64,000 bases of DNA, from NCBI GenBank assembly GCA_046563655.1, contig CM102286.1, positions 12,772,001 through 12,836,000 of the forward strand. Reading direction: 5' to 3'. Under the pieces are notes generated by a model. That model worked only from the letters and a program-made list of their open reading frames with translations. It searched no databases and had not been told where the DNA came from. A program made the position numbers and the translations under genes. This DNA is from Yuukianura sp. NJ FZ-2021. Taxonomy: Eukaryota. This document shows, piece after piece, positions 38,696 to 51,420 of this stretch (position 1 is the stretch's first letter; each line of letters starts with the position of its first letter).

Positions 38696-41600
38696 ATGAA
38701 CAACAGCAGCACATGTGTATCACACCTACTGATTCCGGATTCTGACCAGGTTTCATATTCCAGAATTTCTATAGCTTTTTACTGCCTTGAAATTTCTCCA
38801 AAATATTTTAATTTGTAGGTGCAAATTGTTGTGAGCCGATCATCATCAGGAAGAAGTGGCGGAACTGGAACGGACATTCGCGTAACAGCTTTGAATCGCA
38901 AGTCAACTCGAGGTGAACTAAATCGGAGCCAAACTTCGCCATTAGTTTTTACAGGTAAAATTTTCAAATTTCGAAACATAAATTTCTAAAGTGTACTTTT
39001 CAAAATTTTCCAGAAATTCCACCAAGAATTCGCGGACGAAGTCCAACTAAAATTCCAGCAATACGACGTTCTTCTGGTAGTAGCGGCATCAGCTCCTCTC
39101 CAAACGGCACCTCCAACCTTAATGGTAAGAACTTAATTTTCAACGAAATGCTTATTTAAAAATTTGTCGGAATTTTTTTAATTTCATAAAATCTATTGAG
39201 ATCCAGTTTATGAAACGGAAGAGTCAGAAAGATTTGAGGACTTTCTAAGAAGCAATTCCTCAGTCGTCGAAGACTGCATTTCAAGATGTGTCGACAAAGG
39301 ACTTCTGGAAAAAATCGTCGTCAACAATCTTCAGACAGATCAAGAAAAAGAAGCATTTTTGACACGTTGGAAGTTGTGTCCACCACCATCCCAAATTCGA
39401 TCGACCGCAAAAGGCTTAACGGTGTCAATCGGAACCAAGTTGGTAGAAGGAACAGTACGATGGCAATTGGCACAATTCATTTCAACACTCGTTTATGCAG
39501 ACTGTTTCACATTGTACCTGGCAGACAAGCTGCAAACCAATCTCCGCAGATTTTCAGCAAAATCGATGTAAAACATACAAAAGAAAAAACTCAGCATTTT
39601 TTGAATAACTTTGCAAATCTTTGAACAAATTTTTAGGAAACCCGAGACGTCTACTATTTCAATCACAGAAGCAGCTACGCTGGCTGCTTTTGTGGCCAAA
39701 AGACGTCAAGCTCTGCGGATTGAGCGGACTGAGGCTGAACAAAGATTTATGGAAGGAGTTGGAGACGCTGACCAATCAACTGAGCACAGCGTCTTCATTC
39801 TTTGTTTGCCAATTTTAAGTGCCCATGGGGAAATTGCTGGGGTCATTGAACTCCATCGACTGCAAATCAGTGGATCGTTTACACTGGAAGAAGAAGAAGT
39901 TGCAAATAGTTACTTGATTTGGGGTGGGATTGCCTTTTACTATGCAGACATGAACGTTGTTCTCAGCAAGCAGAAGAAACTGAACGATTTTCTGCTCAAT
40001 GTTGTCAAGTAACAGTGTTAAACTTTTTGGAATTTAATTTTGGCGAGAAATAATGTAATGGTGAAAGGTTTATTGCAAAAGCTCAATTTGGCGTTGTGTA
40101 CTGCTTTTCAGATCCATCTTCCAGGACATGGTGTCAATGGACTCCGTTATAAAGAAAGTGATGAAGTTTGCCCAAAAGTTGGTTGACGCTGATCGAGCAT
40201 CGCTTTTTCTTCTGGACAACAAAACTAAGGAATTGTATGCACGAATTTTCGATTTGGAATGGAGCAATGAAGTGGCACAAAACGGAGAACAAGAAACTAC
40301 GTCAGCCAATGAAATTCGGTAAAATTACTAAAAAATTAATTTCAAAAGTTGAAAAAATTGATAATTTCATACTCTTAAAAGGAAATTCTTTTTAAATTTA
40401 TAATTCTTACGTTTTAGGTTTCCACTTGGACAAGGCATTGCAGGTCAAGTTGCTTCTACGGGAAATCCACTTCGTGTGGCAGACGCTTACGAAGACGAGC
40501 GATTCAACTGTGAAGGTGATGAAATTCTTAAAAAAAAATTGACAGCAAAATTCTCGAAGGTTTCTTTTGTTCCTAAAAAATAGTTTCAAAATGTTTATTC
40601 CAGTTGACAAAAAAACTGGCTACAGAACAAAATCCATCCTGTGCATGCCAGTTTTCATAAAATCAACGGTGATTGGCGTTGTTCAAATGGTGAACAAGAA
40701 AAGCGGTGGTGAATTTACGCAGGAGGATGAAGAAGCTTTTGAAACTTTTGCCGTTTACTGCGGCTTGGCTCTCCACCATGCCAAATTGTACGACAAAATC
40801 CGACGATCTGAACAAAAATCAAAAGTCGCCGTGGAAATTTTGTCGTATCACAATACCTGTTCTGGATCCGAATTTGACTTGCTGAAGAAAAGCGGACTCC
40901 CAAAAACAGTTTTGGGATTGGATGAGTTAGTTTTCCAACAAAATTTCAAACATACTATTTTTCTAATTTTTTAACGTTTTAGTTACTACTTTCCACCAAC
41001 TTCAGTCGATGACATGACCAAAGTCCACTATTCCGTGTACATGTTCTTTGACCTCTTCGGGTCACAGCGTTTCGACGAAGACACACTCTACCGCTTTTGC
41101 TTAACGGTGAAGAAAAACTACCGCCGTGTCCCATACCACAACTGGAACCATGGGTGGACCGTGGCGGTGAGCCAAAATAAATCCTTCGTCACTGTCACAG
41201 CGTTGGCCATTTTTTTCCTAAGAAAATGGTTTCAGAAAAAAAGTTACAACAAATTTTTTTCTTTTTCAGAATTCCATGTACTGTATCCTAAAAGCCAGCA
41301 ACATCTTCAGACCACTTGAGGCAATTTTCTCTTGTTCATCACTTTCATTTTCCGTGACAGTCGAATGTCCAGCTTTCCCTTGTCTTTTTTTCTCTTGCAG
41401 TGTTTGGCTCTCTACGTTGCATGTCTTTGTCATGACTTGGATCACAGGGGAAAGAACAATAAGTTTTTGGCAGATACAGCCAATCCCCTGGCTTCAATTT
41501 ACACCACATCCACCATGGAGCACCACCATTTCAATCAGACAGTTACGATTCTGCAGCAGGTAATGGTCAACCACAACTCTTTTTAACGAAAATGAACTTC

Positions 41601-42717
41601 CAAAGGCCAATGACCTTGAGGTCAACGCGTCCCTTGGAAATCTAATCTAAACTAACTCAATTTCCTTAGGAAGGACACAATATCTTTTGTCAGTTGAGTT
41701 CAGATGAATACAAGCAAGTACTGGGAAATATCAAGCACTGCATACTGGCTACAGATTTGGCTCTTTTCTTTCCATACAAAGCTCGTCTCCAAGAATTGAT
41801 TAGCAAAGAGACCTACTCTTGGGGCCTACCTGATCACAGGTCAACAATAGACAAGGAAAACCTAGTTTCTGGAAGAAATAAGTCTTCCAGGAAGCAAGGT
41901 TATTTGACAACAAAAAGTTAATTCTTATTAACAGGTTGAGTTCTACCTAGCTTGTTGATAAAAAATGAACAGAACAAAAATTGGTACCAATTTTGGTTCT
42001 GTAATCCAAAAAATTGGCCAATTCGGCTGTATTGTTATGACACGATACTCTGAAATGAAAGACACTCGTTTTTGCAAATCTGTGGTATTACTCAACCTGC
42101 TAAAGAAAATCAAAGTCAAAAAACCTTGTTCAGGAAGAGTCCTTGGAAGGAACATCATTCAATTGAGATCATGCTGATGATTACTTTTGGGATTTGGTTT
42201 TTTATGGCTCTTGTAGGATGCTTACACAGGCAATAGCTATGACTGCAGCAGATTTGTGTGCCAGTGCCAAACCCTGGGAACTTCAAAAGGAAACTGTAAA
42301 AGTAATTTTTGCAGAATTCTACGAGCAAGGAGACTACGAGAAATCGATGGGCAGAACTCCCATACCCATGATGGATCGAAATCAGTCAGATCAACAACCA
42401 GCCTGTCAGGTAACTCAAACACAGCATAACCTTAGCTTATAAGCGACTTGAGTTGGAGGGAACGTTTGAAATAGAAATGGCTTCCGATGTCATCACCACA
42501 CCCTGTGCTTAAAAAAAGTTTCACATACCCCCATGTTTACTTTTCTTCTCGTTTATAGGTTGGCTTTCTCAATGGAATTTGCATTCCTTGCTACGACACG
42601 CTCTTCAAACTTATACCTGAAACGTATCCACTTCTGGAAGGATGTCAGAAGAATTTGAAAGAGTGGCAGGAACAGGCTGACAAGAAAAAGAAAGAAGCCG
42701 AAAAAGAAGAAGCGTAG
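38696..42717 (+). CDS. PDE10A: GAF-GAF cyclic nucleotide phosphodiesterase, PDE10A-like (C. elegans pde-5-type), ~860 aa
   Basis: Fourteen exons: 38696-38749, 38819-38954, 39014-39124, 39201-39567, 39637-40008, 40112-40318, 40418-40515, 40604-40925, 40983-41166, 41270-41320, 41401-41559, 41670-41839, 42217-42409, 42559-42717. [14 protein letters not shown]...[10 protein letters not shown]...[12 protein letters not shown]...[13 protein letters not shown]. Catalytic: [69 protein letters not shown]. The first three exons are less certain. Confidence 0.92.
41895..42128 (+). mobile_element. Non-autonomous TIR element (MITE), copy 1, in PDE intron 12
   Basis: Ends CAAGGTT...AACCTTG, internal inverted segments ttaacaggttgagt / actcaacctgctaa, flanked by tccaggaag / ttcaggaag. 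Aligns end to end with the reverse complement of 62496-62776. Confidence 0.75.
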
Positions 42718-43081
42718 ACGCTTGCGCATTGCGAAATTAGTGAAACTAATGAAAGAAAGTCCTGTTTTTGATTTTGCTTCTAGGAAATCGATTTATTGTA
42801 ACTCTAAACTTTGCTAAGGAGAGCAATTAGAAAAAAACTTTCATTTTGAACTTTTAGAACGAAAGCGGATTTGAAACAGAAAATAATTAGAAAAAATTGG
42901 TTCGACTACGAGAATAATAAATTAGAACTACGACAAAAAAAGAACCTCGCAAATAAGTTTGCAAATTTGAATATAACAAAGAAGCTGTTACAAAATAAAT
43001 CGTAATTAAGAAAAGTGCTATAACAAGATAACGAATCTGGAAAATATCTAATTACCAAAATAGATTTTGTTTTTGAATATT

Positions 43082-44911
43082 TCACACAAAACGGAAAACA
43101 TCCTCATGATAATACTGCATTTCGATTCCATCGTCTTCTGACGTTTGTCTACCATTAAGGCGATGCGCAGTCGCAAGAGCAACTTTATGATCGTAGTCGA
43201 TGTCAAAAATGGTCAAGAACTTGTCAGGATAAAGATGATCGTAAAGTGACAAGCCAAAGCCATAGATACACGCCCAGAATCCTACGATGAGACACGTCCA
43301 GAAACAAGCACCATACCTGTACAAAAACGTCAAAATATTTTCAAAAAATATGGGAAACGTTTTTTTTTTTTCAAAATTGATCAGAATCAGAATCTTACTT
43401 CAATTTTATAAATTCACCAGCAATGTAAATTGGCGGGAAATGTTGATCGGCCCGAACCCAGTGATAGTACATGATCGAATTGATTATCATCAGCACTCCA
43501 GCAACAATGAACGTGTAGCTACTGTACCTTGGAATTGCCGCCACAAAAAGTATGGCCAGAAACCACACTCCGAGGGCAAAGGTCAACGTACAGTAACAAT
43601 GATATCCAGCCTCCATGATGTCATGTGACCATCCGAATCCCTCTTGCGCCGAAGTCAGAAAGTGAACAACCGACAGTAGTGGAATCGGCATTCCATGTTG
43701 AATGGCTTTCTCCATGCTGGGCTCCAGTAGTTCCGGTTTGAAGAGTCGGATTCGTTCGTTGTAGAAAAAGACTTCGTCTGAGTCCTTGGGAACAATCGTG
43801 ATGTTTCTGTGTCTCATGTAGATTGGCCTAAAGGGATTGTGAAGCGTAACATTAATTGACGCCAAACCAACATGAAGACGCATTTCCATCCAGTAGACCT
43901 GCTAAAAACAACAAAAGTGATGATGAAATGTACTTGGCAGAAGTCTAACCTAACCAAAGTGTCTGGCACTTTCGGCTCTTTTAGGCAATTAGTTCAAAAC
44001 TAAACAAATGGAGAAAGTGACTTTCTAACCTAACAAACTGAGGTGGAAAATCAAGTTTCAGCAGTCTACCCATCAGATACAAAACGGCAGTCAGACACTG
44101 TTGGACGGCAACTTATGAACCACCAGTTCTGAACAAGTTTTTGCTTAAGGTTAGCGTCCGTTAAAGTCGCATTTGATAAGTGTCTAGTGAAGATTGAGTG
44201 CCCAGGGGTGCATAAGTGGCCGTCCAGAAGTGTCGGAGAATTAGTCGGAACGCACTGACAGTGAGGAAAAGCTAATTTCTTGCGAGATTTTGTAGAAGAG
44301 CAAGAGGGAGCACGAATAAAGTGGAAAGTGTTTTGAGTTTGCATTTTGGCGGGTTAGAAAGTAAATGCAAATGAAAATACCTTGGGCGAATAATAACTCA
44401 TCGGAGATTGAATTACGGCGTAACCCGTGAGCCATTCCGGACTAATGAGACATAACGAGATTGCTACGCCAATGCCAATGGAGTTCACCGCCTACAAAGT
44501 TCAAAAATATTTTGGAGAGAGAATTATTAATTTCCTGTTCCGGCGGGAGCCTTATGCAAACACGTCGACATCAGTTCACAAGCGGTTGCAAAATTCAAAA
44601 CATACGCGCTTTCTCTCTCACTTAGTTTTTGCAAAACTAAGCACTAGTAAATTCTAATTTTATGGGAGATGTTATTTGCTTCCAGAATTTAAATGTTAGC
44701 TTACCGCAATCACTGAATGCATCTTCTGGCGAATGATTGGTAGAATCAGGGCCAACACGGTAAGAAATGTAACAGCAATTCCGATAATGGCCATCACTGA
44801 TCGTTGCAAATAGGCATCAGCGACCATCCGAACTACTTCGTCATAGTAAGTCGGTCCACCAGGGTTGTAGCGTCCGAGAGAGAAAAACCACCAAGGATAG
44901 TCCCAGGTCAT
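43082..44911 (-). CDS. Dual oxidase maturation factor-like (DUOXA/NIP/moladietz family), ~350 aa, divergent
   Basis: Exons 44911-44705, 44491-44381, 43898 (or 43901)-43399, 43316-43082, phases consistent. Motifs GGPTYY, LILPIIR, LHVGLASINVTL, FYNER, AIQHGMPIPLLSVVHFL, EGFGW...AGYH, KYGACFW, DKFLTIF; about five hydrophobic helices. Confidence 0.85.
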
Positions 44912-47900
44912 CGTGTGACCTTTGACCTATGACCTGAAACTGAACACCTAAAAGAGACTTTTCTGTACTTCCCTATGTTTTTCGCAGTGTGTTTAGGCTA
45001 ACAGAAAAATTGGTCAAAAAACACCAAACTTTTTTTCGTGTTGTAAAATTTTGTGTCCGAAAAAATTGTGATGCTTGTTCCGTCGTTGTCAACTGTCTGA
45101 CGTGACCTGACATGAACTTCAAATTTGTCCGTTGTGTGTGACTCGTGTAGAATAATAAAGGTCGTTTATCACTTCCAACTGACTTTTCCATTAAAGTTGG
45201 TGCATTGGGCTTGAATTCTGGAAGAAATAAGGGTAGAAACTAAAAAGTTTCTAAACCTTCCAATTTTCTTACTTTTGAAGTTAAGTTTTTAGTTGAAGTT
45301 GCTTTTTGTTTGTGAGTGGTTTTGGTACGAGTGGTAAAGTGGTTAGTGGTAAAAGAAGTTTGCTACTATACTTTAAGGGGGACTTTGAGTAGATATAAAA
45401 GTTGAGATAAGATGAAAACTTTTTTATGTTGAGTCTTCTTGTTTTAATTGTTAGATTTTTAGATTCTTTTTTTTTTTCAAAATCTTAAAGTTACTGAAGA
45501 TAACCTTTAAATTTGATGACAAAACTATTTTATTTTGAGTAGTATCTATTTACAACTTAACATTACAATCATTTCTAACAAACTTAAACCTAATCGCGCT
45601 AAAATTTCCAAAATTACTAAATTTTTTAACAGAACGTAAATAGTAAGTTAAAGCCAAGGGAACTTTATGCTGGTGCCAAAAGGACTTTGGTATGTCGTTA
45701 ATTTCCCAGGCCAATTCTGAACCGTTAAACTTTTCACATCTTGCCACAAAACCGGAAAAGTGTAGCCCCCTCTGCTGCTTCCAAAACTTTTGTTCCCTAT
45801 TGTGAATTAAGTTAAAAGTTCCTTTTGATTCGTAATATTATAAATTACCCGCAGAATGAGTGTTGCGGAGAAAAGCACAAAGTTTTCTTGGCCCAGAGAA
45901 ATAAGGAAAATGACACAAGGAAACTTTCTTCTCCGTCTGTGACCTCCGTGAATATGGTGGGACGAGGGCTATAGGGTGGGTCAAAGTGGCTCTGAAGATT
46001 CTGATCAACGCGTATGGCTCCACTCTTTGCCTAGAATAGTGTGGTTTTAAGGAGTTGAGGGAAACCCGAAGTGGGTGTTCCTAACTTTTCAAAAGTGGGA
46101 CACAGAGAAAGGAGGCTGTAAATGGACCAAACCATGCAACTTTGAAGAGCGACATTTTGCACGCCCCGTCTCTATCTGTATAGATTTCTGGAAGATGGGG
46201 CCAACGGAAAGCGATAATCATAATCATAATGCTCCTCATCGTCATCATCATCATTACCCAACGTCTTCCAGAAAAACGAAACTTTTGTCAACTTTCTCCA
46301 AGGAATTCAACTTTTTCTGCTGTTTCTTGCATCTACGCCTCCCAATCTGCTTTGTTTTCAAAACAAGCATCATTTCGTTTTTTTTTCACAATTTATGGAA
46401 ACGAACTTCAGATGATGTCGCTGCGAACGCAAATAACTTCAATTTTTACACGAAAACTGAAACCAGAATGAAAGTAAGGCTCTACGAACTAAACAATTTT
46501 TTAAGGTCTACGATTGCGCAGAAAGTAATCGCGCAATGTTTTGAGTTGTGTTGCTTTCATGTTGTTATATGAAGAAACGTTTACTTTACCTACCCTACGT
46601 TAAGCTAAGGTGAAGCAAATGCTGAAACCACCTTGCAAAGCTTCGTTTCCTCTTCTTCAGTTCAACTCGCCATGACTTTGAAATGAGAGAAAGTCTCTCC
46701 AGGGGAAAGTAAACTCTTTCCCTCTCTTAACAATGAAAGTTCTACAGAAGATTGTGGTTTATTCGGAAGAGTTGAGACTCAAATGAGATCCTTCCCCACA
46801 CTTCCTTCCAACAATAAATTCCTACACAACACTCTAACTTTTGAAAACACTCTGCACATACCCACCCTTATGTGTTTTCAACTCTGATTACAACCTAAAA
46901 AGTCAGGGGAAAAGAGAAAGAAGAATTCTAATTTTAAAACTGTGGCAGACATAACTTTAAAAGTGTTAAGGTCGTCAATCTCATTATTACTTTCTTCGTC
47001 TTCCAAAGTTTTCTTGTGGTTTCCTCTGAGAAAATGATGTTTGAGCCTTTCTGTGCACTTTTCTACTTACAAACTTTGTTTCTTACTATCCTTCTTTTTC
47101 TAAAACTTACGCTAGTCTTGAATTGTTTATTGCGTAAGGAAGTGGAGATGCTCCCAGTACGAGCAAATCTGATCTCTCATCAAATTACGCCACTTTCACC
47201 CGCTCAACTTTTACTCTCAGCCTCACGCAACCACTTTTCACTGTCATCTCTATTTCACTTTTAACCTTCCAACGCAACGCAACAAGGCATCAAATTCGGT
47301 TTCTCAAAGTTCAACTGAGGTCATGTTTGGAGTTAGCCTTTTCTATTTCTAAAAGTTCTTGTACACTATGTTATGTTGTAGGCTGCTTTCTCCAAATTAT
47401 AGATAAGGTTTTGTCAAGTTCTGTTTAAATGGGAGCTGGCATTGTTAAGTTTTTCATGATTATACGCTAGATTAAGTTGGAATTTGGGTTGATTATGTAG
47501 AAAATGTTAGTGAATTTGTAGATTCGAGTTGACTAATTCTCTGAATAATAGTTTTTGTTCCGTTTCCGGCAGAAGGCTGCTTGAACGTGGTTCTCCAAGT
47601 ACTAAGTACCTCCTTTGTTTCTGCATTCAAATCCGACTGAATGACTAACTTGCCCTTCCGGCTGGATTTAGGAAGTGAAGGGCACTAACCTTCCCTGATG
47701 CGTCTTTTTTGTTCTAATGTGGGTTCAGTAGGTTCAGGCACAGACAGACAAATAATGGCAGTCTCTACTACGAAATAATCTCTAGCTCTTGCACCGTATT
47801 AATCATGAAAATAAGCGGCCCTAGTCTTTACTACGTTCCTACTAGTGGCTGACATGAATTTGACATGAACGATTGGGAACCAGTGACATGATCCTCCTCC

Positions 47901-50900
47901 ATTTATTATAGGCCTTACGATAGGGGCGGCAGTAAAGTGACATTCGATTTTGTTTTACATTTTCCTGCTACCATAGTAGCATAGGTGTTATGGGAGCCAA
48001 CTGCCAGAAACAAGTTTACCGTCGCTTTGAATTTGGCTTCAATGCAACCTATACACTAATGTTGATGTTCGACACATCCACCCATGACACAAAGAAATCT
48101 AAAGTGCAGGTTGTTCACTTCAGGACTCAAAAGCGGCTTTGTCAATTTGCAAAAGCCTTGTGCTAAATTTTTTCAAAGCACTTTTCACCAAAAGGAAAAA
48201 ACTTTTTTTCGACGAAAGTTTGAAGTATTTTTATTTTTTTCTGACTAGTGATCGACAGTTGATGAATCACTTGGACTTTTCGTTGGTTTAGATTTCAACG
48301 CAACATTTTACTTTAGGTTTAAGTTGGGTTATAGTCGGGATGTGCTTGTACTTATGACTTTAGCCGTTAGCTACGACTATACTTCCAACCAATATTAGGT
48401 TTACGTTTCAGTAACATTTTGGGTTTTGCCATTAGAAAAATAGAAGGATTCAATTTGAGCAGCCTATTTGCTATTACCTCCCTCCTGTATCATAAAAATT
48501 CAATCGGACTTTCTCTAACTGCAAATGGCTCGAGTGTGTTTGGAATTCTAACAATTACTTTCTCCCTAGCTTGTCTCAATCCTATTTTTCTGTTCTCACA
48601 AACACAAACCAAATCCGAAACATACCACAGTCGATAACATATTCATGGATATCGCAACTGAGTCCTCTCACCACTGGATTTATTCAACTGCATATGACGG
48701 TCATGGATGACTTAACTGCACCTTTAGCACAGCAAGGGAGAACAGACACATCTTCCTTATTGACATGTCAAATCCACCTTGTCACTACAAACCTTACAGG
48801 AAACTTCGCTCAAAACCCCCCTTCACTTTCTCCTTCATCTGGATAAACCTGGTCCTCAATATGTTTAGAGAAAGGTGTCTCTCAACTTTCGAATTTCAAA
48901 AAAAAAACTTTGAATGGTGAAAGCTGCATTTGGCATTGAAGAACTTTCAAAATTTGTTTGGAAATCTGACAATCTTTTAAGACTTTTTTGACTTTTTCCG
49001 AACTCTAAACATTATGCACTCCGTATTATGCATTTTCTGTTAAAATGTTTCCGTTTGGAAGAGACATGTTTTAAAAGTGAAAGTGAAAAAAAAAATTAAG
49101 TCTAGAAAATCCGAGTACTTAAAACTTTACCTTTGAAAGCCGCTTTTAGTTTTGCTTTTTTAAAATTGGAAATGGAAAAAAGCTACTTTTTAAACTTCAA
49201 GGACTAGACAAAGGAAAGAAACTTTTTAATTTTAATGACTCCAACTCAATTCCAGCTTGGTTTCACTGTAGTGCTAATCCTTGGCTATGCTTTTCCTTTG
49301 CTCTTAAGCTTCCGTTCGACGTGAACGTATAACCTAAACACCTCTTTTGTTTTTTAGGATTGAAAGGAAAACAAAGAATTGGATTAAAGGACACAAAATG
49401 TTAGTTCTGCTCCACTTTCAAACGGAAAAGGACTTAAGAAGATGAATGTTTTGGCAAAAGAACAGCAGCAAGAGGCTTAACAAACACGATTTAAAAGTTT
49501 CTTATAAGAAAACAGAAATGTATTCCAGCGGCGCATTGAGGTTTTGAATTCGACGCGCGGTTGAGGCAAGGTTTAAACAAAACCGTTCGATTGCAAAGTT
49601 GAATGTGGCTGTCTAGTTGAAGGATTGCAGGTCTTGACTATGGAGGTAGTTTTAGTGTTTTAGCTTCATCCTCTTCCTACAGAATTTGCATGAGAAGTGA
49701 AAGACAGCTTCTGCTTTCAGCGCTTTTCTCCGTGCCAAACTCTTACCACGACGGTGGCTTTTGGCTCGGCAGGAAATTTCTCCAGATTTGGTCTTATTGA
49801 TTACTTTACCTTTTGCATAAGTCATAAGTTTTCTAACTCGGGAACCTCATTTCTCTACTTTGTAAACTGAATTTATTAGTATGCAGAAGGTAAAGTTTGG
49901 AAATTACAATGAAAAGTAGTGGAATATACAATAAACCTAACCTTTCCTAACTATATTCACGAATAAGTTTCTTGAAAACTTTCGATTTCTGTGCTCAAGC
50001 ATGAAATATTAACGGAATTGGCAGAATTTTGGAAATGTTCTGTAATTGAAATTTTTGGTTAGCCTTATAAGTAAAGCTAAACTTCCCGCCGTTGAGAAAA
50101 GAGAAAGCACCGCGGGTTACCTTTTGAAAGTTGAGGCGTGAGTGGAAAAGAGCGGGAAAACTGTCAAATTCAAAGTCAAATTGGAGAAAGTTCTGGGCTT
50201 TTTGTGATGACGCATTGGAGAGAGTTGGAAACGGAGAAAGTCTAATTAACTAAAAAAAATTCTCGGTTCAGGAAAATTTTTAGTGAGAAAGAACCCCTAC
50301 GCTCATGTTCTCATTAGTTGAAGAAGGCTAACGGGCGGAAAAGGCTTTTGCGTGAGAAAACCTGCTGGGTTTTGGTTATAGTTTTCTAGAAAAAAAAGTT
50401 GAGCGAAATTTTTGCTCCGGCGTCACGGTTCTAAAAAATAATCGTAATCATTATAATGAAGACAGGTTGACGGATATTGATAGACTTGTGAGATTTGTGA
50501 AAGTCTGGAAAAAGGAAGACTTTTTCCAGATTTTCCTTTCCATGGTTAGACATTTAACATTCATCATGCGGAACCTAACGTACTTCTCTCAAGTTAACGT
50601 AGTAACCTAACCCTAATGTAGAAAAGACGTAAGATAAGGCAAACCGAGACAGAGAAAGGAAGTTATCTTACTTTCACTTTGGACTAGAACAAATTTTTCG
50701 TGAAATGAGACGAATGCGACGAATTTTCAAATTGCCAGCTAGTTAAGCCTAACTTTTTAGTTAACACAATAAAAAAAATAACCAATTGAGTCTATATTAT
50801 TCCAAAAATCACACAAGCACATAGTAAATTTTTCGCGAAGTTCTAGGTTATAATACGCCTCACTCGTGTGCTGGCCACCTTCAGCTTTTTTTCTCAAAAA

Positions 50901-51384
50901 TTGTGGAAAACTTTGTCTTTTTTTTTGTATTTTGAAAAGTGTCCCGGAGCGTCTCCATACTTTTTGTGTTCGCATTGAACTTTCTTTTGAAAGAAGTGGA
51001 AGTTCTTAAAAATCCTACCTCTTTTGCCAGAACTGAAGCAAAGAAGGGCAGAACTTAAGAAGAGCACACAGAAAATCTTGATTTAATTTGGCTCAAGAAC
51101 AGGATATAAATTTTCTCTAAATTTCAGTCCCGTCTTCTACACTTTGTATATAAATTTGTCTGAGCTTTCTCTGTTTTTGTCTCCTTTGAATTTCGTTTCA
51201 TTAAATTTTCTCCGTCTCGTATGCTGTGCGTTCCTATTTCGCCGCAGGAGAAATTCACTTGTGCTAGCTATAGAATGTGGAGTTCAAAAACGTAAGAAAA
51301 AGACGCTTTTGTCCAATTGCTTCTTTGCCAAAAGACTTAACTGCTCGCACTTAATCTGAACAAAAATGCGTTCAAGATTTCAGC

Positions 51385-51420
51385 GAAAGCTATTCTTCAT
51401 CTGAAAGCTATTCTTCATCA
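51385..51420. repeat. 18-bp direct tandem duplication
   Basis: gaaagctattcttcatct followed directly by gaaagctattcttcatca. Confidence 0.7.

Noticed and set aside
46075..46572. 165-aa ORF with a His run and a possible 62-nt exon (46412-46473)
   Set aside because: The His run comes from a CAT/AAT microsatellite; no partner exons or recognisable protein. A lncRNA cannot be excluded.
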